Shown: positions 41,868 to 53,715 of the stretch, piece after piece | Position numbering within the stretch: the stretch's first letter is position 1 | Layout: each line of letters begins with the position of its first letter | Assembly (NCBI RefSeq): GCF_037042905.1 | Contig: NC_087245.1 | Span: 4,404,001 to 4,468,000 of the forward strand | Direction of reading: 5' to 3' | DNA: 64,000 bases | From: Lytechinus pictus | Taxonomy: Eukaryota | Notes under the pieces: model-generated | Databases searched by the model: none | Told to the model about the DNA's origin: nothing | Seen by the model: the letters and a program-made list of their open reading frames with translations, nothing else | Translations under genes and position numbers: made by a program

Positions 41868-42464
41868 TTAAAAGGGGTACTCCAGGCTGAAAATAATATG
41901 ATTTGAACAGATAAAAACATCAGACAAACAAAACACTGAAAATTTAATGAAAATCGGACAAGGAATAACAACGTTATGGCCCTTTTCAAAGATTTGCATT
42001 TGCCGGTGAAATAGTTCAAGCTGTGTCTTCATGAATATTCAATGAGCAAACTGATGATGTAATATCCCCGCTTGTTCTTTTGTATTTTATTATATGAAAC
42101 TCGGTTTATTTCAATTTTCTCCGTCAAGAACCCCAAAAATGAATGACAACTGGTTAATGCATGAGATATTCACTGCTGCAACTTATCTAATTGCAAGGGA
42201 GACATATCATTCACATACGTAAAAAAATTATGATTTCATGTAATAACATAAGAAAAAGGAAAGTGAGGATGTGACGTCATCAGCCCACCTAATGAATATT
42301 CATGTTGACATGCATAAACTATTTTCACAATATACTGCTAAACTTTAAAATTCAATAACTTCGCTATTTGTTATCAGATTTTTAGGAAATTTTCATAATT
42401 TTGCTCTGTGAATTTTAATCTATTTATTTAGATATAAATATTTTCAGCCCGGAGTACCCTTTAA
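41868..42464. mobile_element. Kolobok-like MITE (related to 20677)
   Basis: TTAA on both sides; TIR aggggtactccaggctgaaaat / attttcagcccggagtaccct. Confidence 0.8.
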
Positions 42465-44213
42465 CTTTAAAATAACTGTATAATAATAGTTTATGCATTT
42501 CTTTATACCTTGGACCGGGTGTTGGTTATAGTTTTGTGCCTAATTTTACTGCAGGTGCTTGATTTAGCGCGGAACAATCATATAATTGAGCATTATCTTC
42601 CAATTCGAAATAATGCTGAAGCAATTATACCAGAATATACCACAGGAAACAATGTTTCAAAGACCAGCAAAGAATCAATCACCAATCCAGACCGTCGGAA
42701 TAAACAACAATCGATACTGCTAAGGGAGGATCTAAAAAAAATCACGAGCAGGACGGCAACACATCGAGAAGAAGGAAATACAGGGGGAATATATAGAGGG
42801 AGGGAAGAATCGAAGAATATAGAAAAGAGGTCTTGCCCTTACTATATAAATTACACCGTTTCTCGTTTGAGGGGGGGGGACGCAGTCAACTCTTATTCAC
42901 TGTACCCACACGAGTGCAAAATCTGTATTCTAACCCCCTCCTCTTCTCTCTCTCTCGCTTTCACACACCCTTTCCAACATTAGGCTCACCCAGGGCGCTA
43001 CATAAGCACTTGCCCGATTGCCCGGGGCAAGTAAAAGTTTTTTATACATCGTTTGCAATAGATAATATAGTTAAGCTGTTCAATATATTCTTGTGACATG
43101 ACTAATAACAGAGATAGGAGGAAAGAACATCGGCTTTATAACCTTTAATCTCCTGTCTGCAACTACTATTCACCAGTGACATTCTCTCCTTTACTCTTTA
43201 CACTATACTCAATTCACGTTTTGGTAATTTCACATCTTACTTAGATATCCACCCTGTAACATAAGGCTTAGTGATTAATCATACACAAAACAATCGTAAA
43301 AATCAGTTTCAAGATGAATTGGTTTTATATTTTATATTGCATGGCCCTGCATGCATGGGTCTCATTTATCGATATCGTTTCATTAAACTTGTACAAATAA
43401 CAACACATCGTTATAACTATTGAGATACATACCAGAAATCCGTCATTAAAATGACGTGTTAATAGTATATTGAAACTGGGTCTTAATCTCATTGGTTTTT
43501 TAATAAAATTTGTACCTGAATGTTTCAATGCATCTATTCATCACAATGAATTGTATTTCCCTAGTTTATGCAAAATCTTATCGAAATGTTACATAACATT
43601 AAAACAGTGTGCGTTTTAAGTGGAGTATAGTGATCTCCAGTTATCTCAATTGGTTTTCTTTATTTTGGCTGTAACAGATAATAATCATCATAATCAGTAC
43701 ATACTGTAAAACAAAATCGAATTCATAATCTGGAAACCAAGAATGTAATCTTTCTAGGTACAAAGCTTTGTAATCTTAACCTTTCTACACAAGACTTAGT
43801 ATCTTTTAATTGGTATTTCAATTTCTTCATTTCGGTTTGTGTATTCAAAGTTAATCAAGGTTTGATGCCAAATTCAGATATATTTAGGGAATATTTGTTT
43901 CTGTTCAAATTTGATGAAATATCAAATATAATTTGTAATAAAATAAACTTTTAATGTTTACATTTCGAAAGACATTCGATTAAGGCGCAATTAATCTTAC
44001 GACCAGTTCCCCTATTTTGCAACCGCTTCTTCTGGTCAGCTTTGTGTTTTCGCTGCTAAAATTTCCGCAGTTAAATCTTTCATTTTATTTTTTTAGCAAA
44101 AATCCGTAAATGAAGCTACTACAAATGAGACCTCGTCGTTTGTCACCCACTATTATTTGTGTAATGACAGTATTCGTTTGCTATGGCTAAGCGAAGTATT
44201 TCAAAATAAAATT

Positions 44214-45398
44214 TCAATATATAGGCCTATATACTATACAGCTTCGCCATACGCTTCTTGGAGATAGGCCCATAATATGAGATTCAGGGTTGTGAAACGT
44301 CCGAGCCACTCGGTTCCTCTTGATTCGACTTTTTATATACTTCAAAATGAGATCCCCGGCCTCTTTATTTGTCAGTATATATACCATTGGTTGGGTCCAT
44401 GTGCTGCTGGCGGCTACGATATCAACAACAACCTTCATCCAAACGTGTGAATACCCATCTACCAAGTAATGGGTCATGTATGGGATCCAAACAGCACAAA
44501 GAGATCCCCATAGAAGAAGAATTGTGAAAAATCCCTTGTATCGTTTGTAGAAACCAGTCCCGTCTCTCTGAGTTGGTTGTTCCCCGAGCTCAACATCATT
44601 GCTGCCAGATGGACTAGGCATTTGATGACTTTGATCGTTATGCGTTTTAAGACGTTTTTGAAATGTCGTATTGAACCTGACATCGACACGAGTTTTGTGG
44701 TATGCGATCACGAGAAGCCTCCCGTAAATTCCCAATATGAATACAAGAGCCAAGCAGATCTGGAAAATACTGAGTAACCTATCGGCTAGCGCAGTTCCAC
44801 TGGATTTTATCTTTATAGAGTGGCCCATACATCGATCCGTCATCAAATCAGAAAACAACGAAAATGGAACAAGTGGTATCGGTAAGTAGACGCAGGATTT
44901 AATTGCAGCTGTAAATAACATGATTGCAAGAGCGGAGAAAATTTTTTGTTTTGTAACGATGCTGTGATAACGCAGTGGTTTAGTCACTATAAGATACATG
45001 TTTAGAGTAATACCACAAAGGCATACTATGACGATATCAATGAGAGTACGGTGTAGAAATGGAAACACCCTGCATGTTATAGCACAAGATTGATGGTCAT
45101 GAAAGAAGTACCAAATGATAGACCAGATGCACCAAACGAGTCCAAGAGCAAGGTCTGAAGATGCTAAGACTTGATAGAGAACTCGCATGTATTCTTGAAG
45201 GTCCTTCTGCTGCGGTAAGATGGCTAAAACAATCGAGTTCAGAATCGAGGAGGCTAGAATGATTAACACAAAAATAATTGTTGTCTCTACAGGTTTTTGA
45301 CGTTTGAAGTTTGACCAGCCGCCATTTTCATAAGAAGATTTGATCTTTTTTATTTCGTTCAGAATCTGATAGTATAATCCCCCAAAGGCACTCTGTCT
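44214..45398 (-). CDS. Intronless rhodopsin-class (class A) 7TM GPCR, orphan/chemoreceptor-like; start codon unresolved
   Basis: Seven hydrophobic segments. Motifs: TM1 N, TM2 LASSD, TM3 Cys and LNMYLIVTKPLRY, TM6 WIPY, TM7 QPMVY. The frame is open to 45398 with no ATG before TM2. Confidence 0.85.
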   Translation of the reverse strand, partial: RQSAFGGLYYQILNEIKKIKSSYENGGWSNFKRQKPVETTIIFVLIILASSILNSIVLAILPQQKDLQEYMRVLYQVLASSDLALGLVWCIWSIIWYFFHDHQSCAITCRVFPFLHRTLIDIVIVCLCGITLNMYLIVTKPLRYHSIVTKQKIFSALAIMLFTAAIKSCVYLPIPLVPFSLFSDLMTDRCMGHSIKIKSSGTALADRLLSIFQICLALVFILGIYGRLLVIAYHKTRVDVRFNTTFQKRLKTHNDQSHQMPSPSGSNDVELGEQPTQRDGTGFYKRYKGFFTILLLWGSLCAVWIPYMTHYLVDGYSHVWMKVVVDIVAASSTWTQPMVYILTNKEAGDLILKYIKSRIKRNRVARTFHNPESHIMGLSPRSVWRSCIVYRPIY

Positions 45399-47193
45399 CT
45401 ATAATAATTATTTCTGAATAACAGCTTTATGAATAAGTGTCCATGTAGTGTAATCATGCTATCGTCAAAAGAATTCTGGTCTTTATATATAGGAATCCTC
45501 AGTCATCCACGGTTTTTTTAGCTCCTTATGAGAAACATTTAGACAAAAGTAGCATTCTGTCTGCAGTATCCACAACTGAATGATTAAGAGTTCTGTAACG
45601 AAACATGTTGACCTATATCTTCACTAACCAGGTAAGGTAACTATGCTTTTGTAACTAATCAGTACAAGCAGGAGCATTTCACAAGCCATGTACATCTATA
45701 GTGACATCCAGTCAGCAAAAACGCAATCTTTATTTACTACACTTCAATACAGTTCGGGTGAATCTCATAACCAGTATACGGTTGTATAGTCTGTTATATC
45801 ATGTCTAAATCCCCTGATTAGCTTTCTTATCCTCATATTATTCCAAGCTTCGAGCAACTTTTGCACAAACATTCGTTTAACCACTTAGCTTTCCAATCTT
45901 TCCCATACGTGCCATACGAGCGTCATCGTCATGTTTAATATTATCCATCCATGTCGGTAGTATTATACTACTGATGGATAATGGCATAACTGCATGTTTA
46001 CCCCTTCATTTGACCTGTCAGTCAAGTCATTAGGAACTTTGGTTTTGATTAAAACTTAACGATCCTAAAGTTTCTCACATTTCTATCTTCATGTGATCTT
46101 TGGATTATCGAGTGTGTGATGAAGTTTGAAGCGAAGCGCTTGGCCTGACTGTGCAAACATAATAAAATATTGATTTATGCTTCGATGGCATTGACGCCAT
46201 CTTGACTGTCAATCTCAATTAAAATGATCAAATCTGTACCAGGGAAAGTTGTTGAATCAGTAAAAGACGCACTCTCAAGAACAAAATGTGTCATTTATAT
46301 ACCGATGCATGGGAAATGCCTCCTTACTTTTAGGGTTTGCACTCTATCTGTAGGACGTGCACTTTTCTACTCCCGTTTCTTGTGTTTGATACCATCTACC
46401 ACTCAATTTGCTCCTGAAAAAGGTTACTTATCATTTGTGTGTGTGAATATTTATTTTCCGTAAGTGATTCTGACCATTTGGACGATGCAGAATAGAGCTC
46501 ATTGTACAGCCTCAGTGGTAAATAACGCTATTTCAGAGCAGTTTTGCATTTGGAAAGTTAGAATTCATATTTTTTTTTTATAAGTGACGGTCAAATTTAC
46601 AAGTGCATTAGAACTCTTAAAAATTGTCGTATTGGTATCTACAGACGCAATCATCCAATTATCATTATTGACACAGAACCTTAGCTATCAGATATCGATT
46701 AGAAGTATTGTGAAAAAATCAGACATCACACCGAAATCCGTCAAACCCTCTTCACCCGTTCGTTGATAGAATTACATATTTTTCTTGCGTCGAACCCAAC
46801 ACTATGTCTGATGTTTGTGTCCATCCCAGATAACAAAATTACTAATTTTATCAATGTCAGGAATCATAAAAAAAACTTCCCATAGTTCATCTAGAAAAAT
46901 CCTAGCAGTTCCACAAAGTTGATGTTGAGAAACCCCACAAGGTTGTTATATAGTTCTCAATGAAATTCCTTTGATCATCACGAAAGTTGAGATCAGTTGA
47001 TGACAACCGGACATGGATAACACCATTTATTAATAAATGCAAGATTTTATATTTATCTCATGAAAGATTTTAAGAACCAGAAGTAACTTGGATTAGGCTA
47101 CCATTTCCCGTTTTAAATCTAATACAACGCTATATATTACTACATGAAACTTCCAGAAATTGTGATAGCGGTTAAAAATCCATGCTTAATTTA

Positions 47194-47470
47194 TTAATAA
47201 TAATAATAATAGCTGGATTTATAAAGCGCTTTTTGCCTGATGATACAAAGCGCTGCTATTATTACCCCGGCTTTAGCTCGAGCTACCATCACCGGCGCTC
47301 AGTGCATTCAAGGAAATAATCCTGCCGGGTACCCATTCACCTCACCTGGGTCGAGTGCAGCACAGTGTGGATTAATTTCTTGCTGAAGGAAAACACGCCA
47401 TGGCTAGGATTCGACCCACGACCCTCTGTTTGAAAGGCGAGAGTCAGAACCGCTAGACCACGACGCGCCC
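47194..47470 (-). mobile_element. tRNA-derived SINE (family B)
   Basis: Head gggcgcgtcgtggtctagcgg...ggtcgaatcc, shared core, L2-like tail gcgcttt...gcgctttataaa(TAT)n. Confidence 0.85.
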
Positions 47471-48356
47471 AGAAGAATTAAGAATTATATATTAAAATTG
47501 ATTTTTTTTTATAGATTTAAAACACTTGCTTTAAACGTTTAAACAACTCCTGTAAGGTTCATCATAATAAACAGCGTTTTATTAAAAAGAAATCTAAATA
47601 GCGTTTTTATTGTGTTGTGGGATCGTCTGTTTAAGAACAAGAGTCACCCTAATATATAATTGAATTCAGTTCAAAGATATATTTCAAATAAAAATTGTGC
47701 CATTTTCTACAAGCAATTTGTGTTTTTATGGTCCAAGCCATATTTTGTATCATCTGTTGCATATATATACACTGTATATATTAATATTTTTATGGTTGAA
47801 TAAATTGAAATTAAAAATTTAAATTGAAATACAGAATTAGATTTTTTTAAATGGGATTAGGATACCCTGAATAATAAAAAAAGAAATAGGAAAGGGAGGC
47901 ATCACCATGATACTTTCATATACAAATCAATATAATCATACATAAAAAATAAAACAACAAATAACATTCTCGCATAATGCAAAGACGCTGTCAAAAATAA
48001 AATGTTCAAGCACCGCTGCTCAGTTACGCCAAGGCACTCAAAGAGAGGCATGTTTACATCCATAGAACTAACGTTGCTTCAATTTAAAGATAGTGATCCA
48101 GATAAGATACATCCAAGAAACTCATCCTCTCACGTTCATAACAAGTCTTACAATTCTCTTTTTGCAACCATAGCAACCAGCGGGTACAAACCCAAAAAAC
48201 AACATACACATTATTTTGGGATAAGCCGGCCAAGCTATACTAGCACAATTGAGCCGGCGAGGTCTTCATTCATTGTCGAATATTCCATATTCAATATAAT
48301 AATTTGATATAATTTTGTCTTGCAAATTATTAAAATGCTTCACAAACGTGAAAAAC

Positions 48357-49529
48357 CAGGTGCGGATCCAGCCTTTGCCAATAAGAGGGAGGGGGGGGGG
48401 CGGAATATTTTTTCAGCCAAATTTTCCCCGATCGGCCGCTCGAAGATGACTTTTTTTGTTTCTTTGAATGGGTAGTCCTAATAGTCACTTCTTAGCTTTA
48501 TTCTTATATATAATATCGAAATTTTATGTATTTTTTCCTAAAATTTGAACATTCTGGGCAATGTTTGTTATCCTGAAAAAGATGTGTATGCAACTATATA
48601 ATTACTACAAACGCGAAGCACGAGCAGAAATTTTTAATACACGTTTTGAACTGATCGAAAAGGTATCTAGCTGTTAAGGACTGCTTGCAGTTATATTTCA
48701 ACGATCAAATACCGGGAAATCCTTAGGACATGTCATCATAATAATGAAAATGATGACTATCTTCCTATTCCTCTTGCTAAGCGCGAGATGAAACAAAAGG
48801 GACAATTTAATTGTTAGATTAATATCCTATTAATAATCTAATATGCCTAATGTGGGCGCTAAATCTGATGATATTATGGCCTGAAAACTGGGCATTTCAA
48901 ACACTTTTGTAATTATTGATAAACTGTCATGAAATTGGGATTTTAAGTAGTTTGTTGTATAGTCAATATTGAGACATACATGACTCGCCAATCAAAATGC
49001 GAGCGTGCAACGCTAGCTTATACGTTTTGACAATCAGACCTGAAAAGGGATATTTCGAAAACTTTATGGATACACGAAAATAATAGGTACCTGATAAATC
49101 AAAATTTGCGAGCGCGAAGCAGAAAATGTTAATATTCAGACCATAAAACTGACATTTTTACAGAGCACTTTTTTAAAATCAATTTGTAAATCAAACAAAA
49201 TAATGAAAGTTAGATTTACGAGGTTAAATTTTTTTTTTTCATATTGACTTCCAAACTTGATTTTTAAGCTCCATATTGAGCAAGATTATGTAAATCACCT
49301 AACAGGCAAATGTGAGCACGAAGCTCGAGCGAAAATTTTAAATTTTATATAGTGACATCATATGAGAGATTCTTTTTATTTTCCGAGTCTTCCCCTCATC
49401 TTATTTTATTCGCTTGTAATCCTCCTCTCCTTTTTCTCCTCTCTTTTCCCTCCTTTTTTTCATTCTTTTTTTGGGGGGCTCCGCCAATAGGGAGGGGCGG
49501 GCCCCTCGGGCCCCCTTGATCCGCCTATG
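48357..49529. mobile_element. hAT-like non-autonomous element
   Basis: Ends caggtgcggatcc / gatccgcctatg; internal gcgagcgcgaagc motifs. Confidence 0.65.
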
Positions 49530-50129
49530 AAAAACTACACGTCATCAATATTAAGATACGGTGTCTTATTATGTTGTATATAGATCCTAACCAGATAAAT
49601 TTGACTCTAAAATTTCCCCGTGTTCTTAACTTTTAATATAGGTTTTCCCGTCCAATTTCATCAAGGTTGCATTTAAATGAATGAAAGGACGTTCAAATTC
49701 GAAATATTTCGTCCACACGCTGCACACATGGTTCATTTTCATTTATTTTGCATTCAATTCCGTTCTATATCATTCCTTTCCTCAATTTAGAGAGAAATTC
49801 GTTCAAATTAATGGCCCAAAGGTGTCATTTAATTTCGCGACGACGAACTGATCATTTAATTTCGCCTAAAATACCATTTTCAATTTCATTTATCGGCACA
49901 TATAATTGCACTTTAAACATTCAAATTTAGATAGCATGTTTCTGTGTTCATTTTTTTTTATTACGTTATAAATTTTTTTTTTCAAACTTTACCCTAACTT
50001 TCTATTTTTTCTGACCTTTTCAGTTAAAATAATTTTATTCCATTATGTTTGATAAAGACTTTATTCATGTAACACTTATAGGATATGGTTGTAAACTTTT
50101 GTATTCTTTTAGTGATTGATGAGTGGGTG

Positions 50130-50312
50130 CAGGGGCGGATCCAGGATTTACCAAAGGGGGGGGGGCACATTTTCCCGAGGAATTTGACGAGCAAAAAATA
50201 TGTTTTTAACCAAAGAATGAGGGCATTTCGTCCAATAAAAAAATTAATTGTGCCTCTAAAAAGGGGCGACACGAGTCGGCTGTGTCTCCCCCCCCCCCTG
50301 GATCCGCTAGTG
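50130..50312. mobile_element. hAT-like MITE (same family as 40795)
   Basis: caggggcggatccagg / cctggatccgctagtg; 8-bp TSD (a/g)gtgggtg. Confidence 0.8.
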
Positions 50313-51739
50313 GGTGGGTGGATGACCTATGCAAAAGGCAGGTGTTTTCTCTTCATCATCTTGTTCTTTTGTTATTTTACATAATTGTAATTTATATCGT
50401 TTTGGGGTAGGGATAAGAAACATTGTATTGAAAGTGGAACAAAAACGAGTTGTTGTTCCGATGATGGTTTGTCAGATGGATGATACATTTCAGTAAAATT
50501 GTAAACATCCAATTAGAAGTAAAATACATTTCCATAATTATTCAAAAGAAGTAAACAACAACAACAACAACAACGAAAAACACTGCCCATATCCTATAAG
50601 TGATTGCATATTAATGATTTTGAATTCCTAAACGTTCGCAAGCAATTAGGTACCGGTGCGAATTTGAAAACACTTCTTCAGCTATTTTAATTTGATTGTG
50701 CTTTATACATGTTTTAATGAGATTACCTTGAAATCGCGTGCCAATAGAATTGAATTGAATTAAGTATTTGGATATTTAAATGCTGATCTCATAGGTCATT
50801 CAAATTAGTTGCAAATTGAATTATTACATCATTAAATCGGTTGAAACTTTGACGAAATTGGACGGGAAAACCTATATTAAACTCGGGAGATGAACCCGTC
50901 TTTAAAAAAAAATTTAAGAAAGACGTGCTAAACGTGCAGTAGAAAACTAAAATGATTCACGGCGATCTCTACACCCAAATCGATAATCTACTCATTTCAA
51001 ATTACACAAAGTCGTACTCAAACTACCCTACGTCATCACGACCGCTATGCTTGCCTGACTTAGCATTCATCAGTTGCCGTATAAGAAGACTTATGACGCA
51101 GTCACATTTCCCCTACGGCGGCCATACGGGGAGTGTACCAGCTACATAATCATAGGTGGTTTGAAGAAAAATGAATAAACTGCTGTTTTCTACTCGCCGT
51201 GCGGCTGCCGTAGGAGGAATGTAGGAGGAATAGCATTACCAGCTATACTCCCTAACGCTGGAAAATAAATTTCTGAAAGATGTTAGTTCATGCATGGACC
51301 TAGTAGGTCCATGGTTCATGAAATAACCCTATACATGTTAGAGTTATATATCACCGGGTATTCGCCCAATGGCCCGTAAGACTAAAAACGTGGACTCATA
51401 ACTCATATCCATAATTCAGATCAATTAGGACCCTACTACATGATGGATGTTGGCAAACCACAGACCTATATCTCATCTATTTATTTACCAACAATATCAT
51501 ATTCACATATTTACAGGTTTACTATGAAACAAATCGCGCAAAATTTACATTGAAACGTTAATATGTTGGACCAGAAAATATCACATAATAACTAATCGGG
51601 CCTAGTCCAACGTATTTGGCGACGGAGCATGATGCTTAGCCACATTTTCAAACATGTTGCAAATAATGACATCATTATCAATGAAAAATCATGATTTCAG
51701 ATGGACCCTGACATTGACACAATTTGTCCCAGACATTTT

Positions 51740-51870
51740 GTGGTCCAAATTGACTTCCAAAACACATTTTATCCCGTATACCAAATCAACATCTTAATTA
51801 GACCAAAACTATAACAATTTGGAATCAGAGGAGATCTTCACCGATGACTAGCAACTAGCAAAATCACTTA
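51740..51870 (+). mobile_element. Heavily decayed LINE (L2/CR1-type) reverse-transcriptase remnant
   Basis: Peptides VQIDFQNTF and KL*QFGIRGDLHR*L echo the RT motifs DFxKAFD and KLxxxGIRGxLxxWL. Confidence 0.4.
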
Positions 51871-52146
51871 TCAACAAATTGGGATTAAATGTCCTTCACG
51901 ATCGCATGCTTCTTGTACAAAGACCACCAAATGAACAAACCTTTATCCACTCACATATCAACGTATCTTGGATGAAGAGATCATCCTCTGAAGAACGCCG
52001 AACCATTGTCTTTCATTGACAACTATACTAGGTAATACTCCTTCTATCCTCGCATCATCAAGATGTGGAATCATTTGTCAGTTATTGCGATAACATCTCC
52101 AGTGACCTTCTTCAAGGAGGCTGCTCTATATACCTATCATCATACC

Positions 52147-52509
52147 GTGGAGGAGCCGTGGTGTAGTGGTTCTGACTCTCGCCTTGTAAACAGAGGGTCG
52201 TGTGTTCGAATCCCACCGCGGTCTGGCGTCCTTTGGCAAGGCGTTAATCCACACTTTGCCACTCTCGACCCAGGTGCTAAATGGGTACCCGGTAGGATGT
52301 GAAAGTCATTGTAGCTTGTCCAGTACTGTGTGCGCCTCACCGGCGACTGACTGGAATACTCCCCAGGGAGTGGAGGATGTGCACACATTGTGTGCGGGAA
52401 TGACTGATTGAATCCGATGACCGGGGTAATAATATATCTGTAAAGCGCTTAGACACGTCGTTCCGATGTATTAAGCGCTATATAAAAAACGGATTATTAT
52501 TATTATTAT
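52147..52509 (+). mobile_element. tRNA-derived SINE (family A), full-length
   Basis: A-box tggtgtagtgg, B-box gttcgaatcc, core, tail ctgtaaagcgc...gcgctatataaa(ATT)n. Confidence 0.9.
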
Positions 52510-53505
52510 CAGAGTGCGTTCTCCTGTTGGATCCTAGTTACTCTACGATACCGTTTTATTGGAAATAACAGAGGCGTCTGGGAGGCGGGAGGGATCGCAT
52601 TCAGTGAAAAAAAATGGAGGGGGCGAACATATCGATTTGTTTCCCAATAACTTGGTCAAATTGAATTCTTTATGCTATGCAAATAAATATGTTTTTAAAA
52701 AGCATTGGAAAGCACTACAAAACTATTCAACTGAGCATAAAATCATTATTAAACATACTAAATTGTGATTTTTTTTTCGCGCACAAAATTAATGTACAGT
52801 GTAACTTGGCACGTGGAGAGCCGAAAAGTTTGAACTTTTTTTAACCCCCCCCCCCCCCTCCGAAACTTGGAAATCATGGAAATGTGCATTTGCTACTTTG
52901 CCAACTCAATGAAAAGTTCAGCTTTATGACAAGCTGCTGTCGGTAGGGAATTTTCCAGAAGGTGCATTCATATCTGAATAATTAAAAGCTCAATGAATAT
53001 AAGGCTATGTAGTCAATTTTGCAGAAATGAGACCTTGATTTGGTAACGATACTATAGGGTTTGCTTGACTTTTGTCGCGTATTTATGACGAGATGTATAA
53101 TAATGACTCAGACATAAGTTGGGTTTAGCTACGGGGGTGGGCTTTGTTCCTGTGTTTGAAAGTTGAATTTTCTTTAACAAAAATATAATTTTATCCTTCT
53201 CTTTCTTTTTTTTCTTCAAAATTTGGGTTCAAGCCAATGGTCTATTCTATAATCTATTCTAGACACACCCTCCCCTAGTGAAAAACATCCTATACATGGG
53301 AAACGATTAACCTCTATTGTAAGTCGCAATGATTTATGGGAATATTTTTTTGTGTGTGATAGGACATATGCGACTTTGAGCAAGTCTACAAAAGTGACAG
53401 TCCAAACGAAATGTTGATATATGATACATCCAATTAACTTATCCCTTGGAAATTATTGAGTTAGAAATAGTAGAAGAGATGAGTGAGAAATAGCTATGCT
53501 TGTGG

Positions 53506-53557
53506 GCGCATGCGCAGTACTTTTTTATGCAAAAGAATAACCCGTTCATTATAAAAG
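53506..53557 (+). promoter_or_regulatory. Putative core promoter: NRF1/P3A2-type site plus TATA box
   Basis: GCGCATGCGC at 53506-53515 and TATAAAAG at 53550-53557, about 100 bp upstream of a signal-peptide-like exon. Confidence 0.45.
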
Positions 53558-53660
53558 TGTTAGTCGCGGTCTTGACCAATTTCATTTGATATTGCTGTAT
53601 ACTACACCTGTTCCCGAAAGTACAGATGTGTAATCGTTGATTTTGATTCGATGAAACATC

Positions 53661-53715
53661 ATGCTTACTCGATCGGGTGTCCTGATGGTGATCTTCACCT
53701 TCTTTTGCTTTATCG
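53661..53715 (+). CDS. Candidate first exon encoding a signal peptide (MLTRSGVLMVIFTFFCFI)
   Basis: aacatcATG context, basic then hydrophobic residues, consensus donor CG|GTAAGT in phase 1. Confidence 0.5.

Noticed and set aside
52147..52225. tRNA gene (also the heads near 21860, 28556 and 47470)
   Set aside because: The tRNA-like heads continue into SINE cores and simple-repeat tails, so they are SINEs
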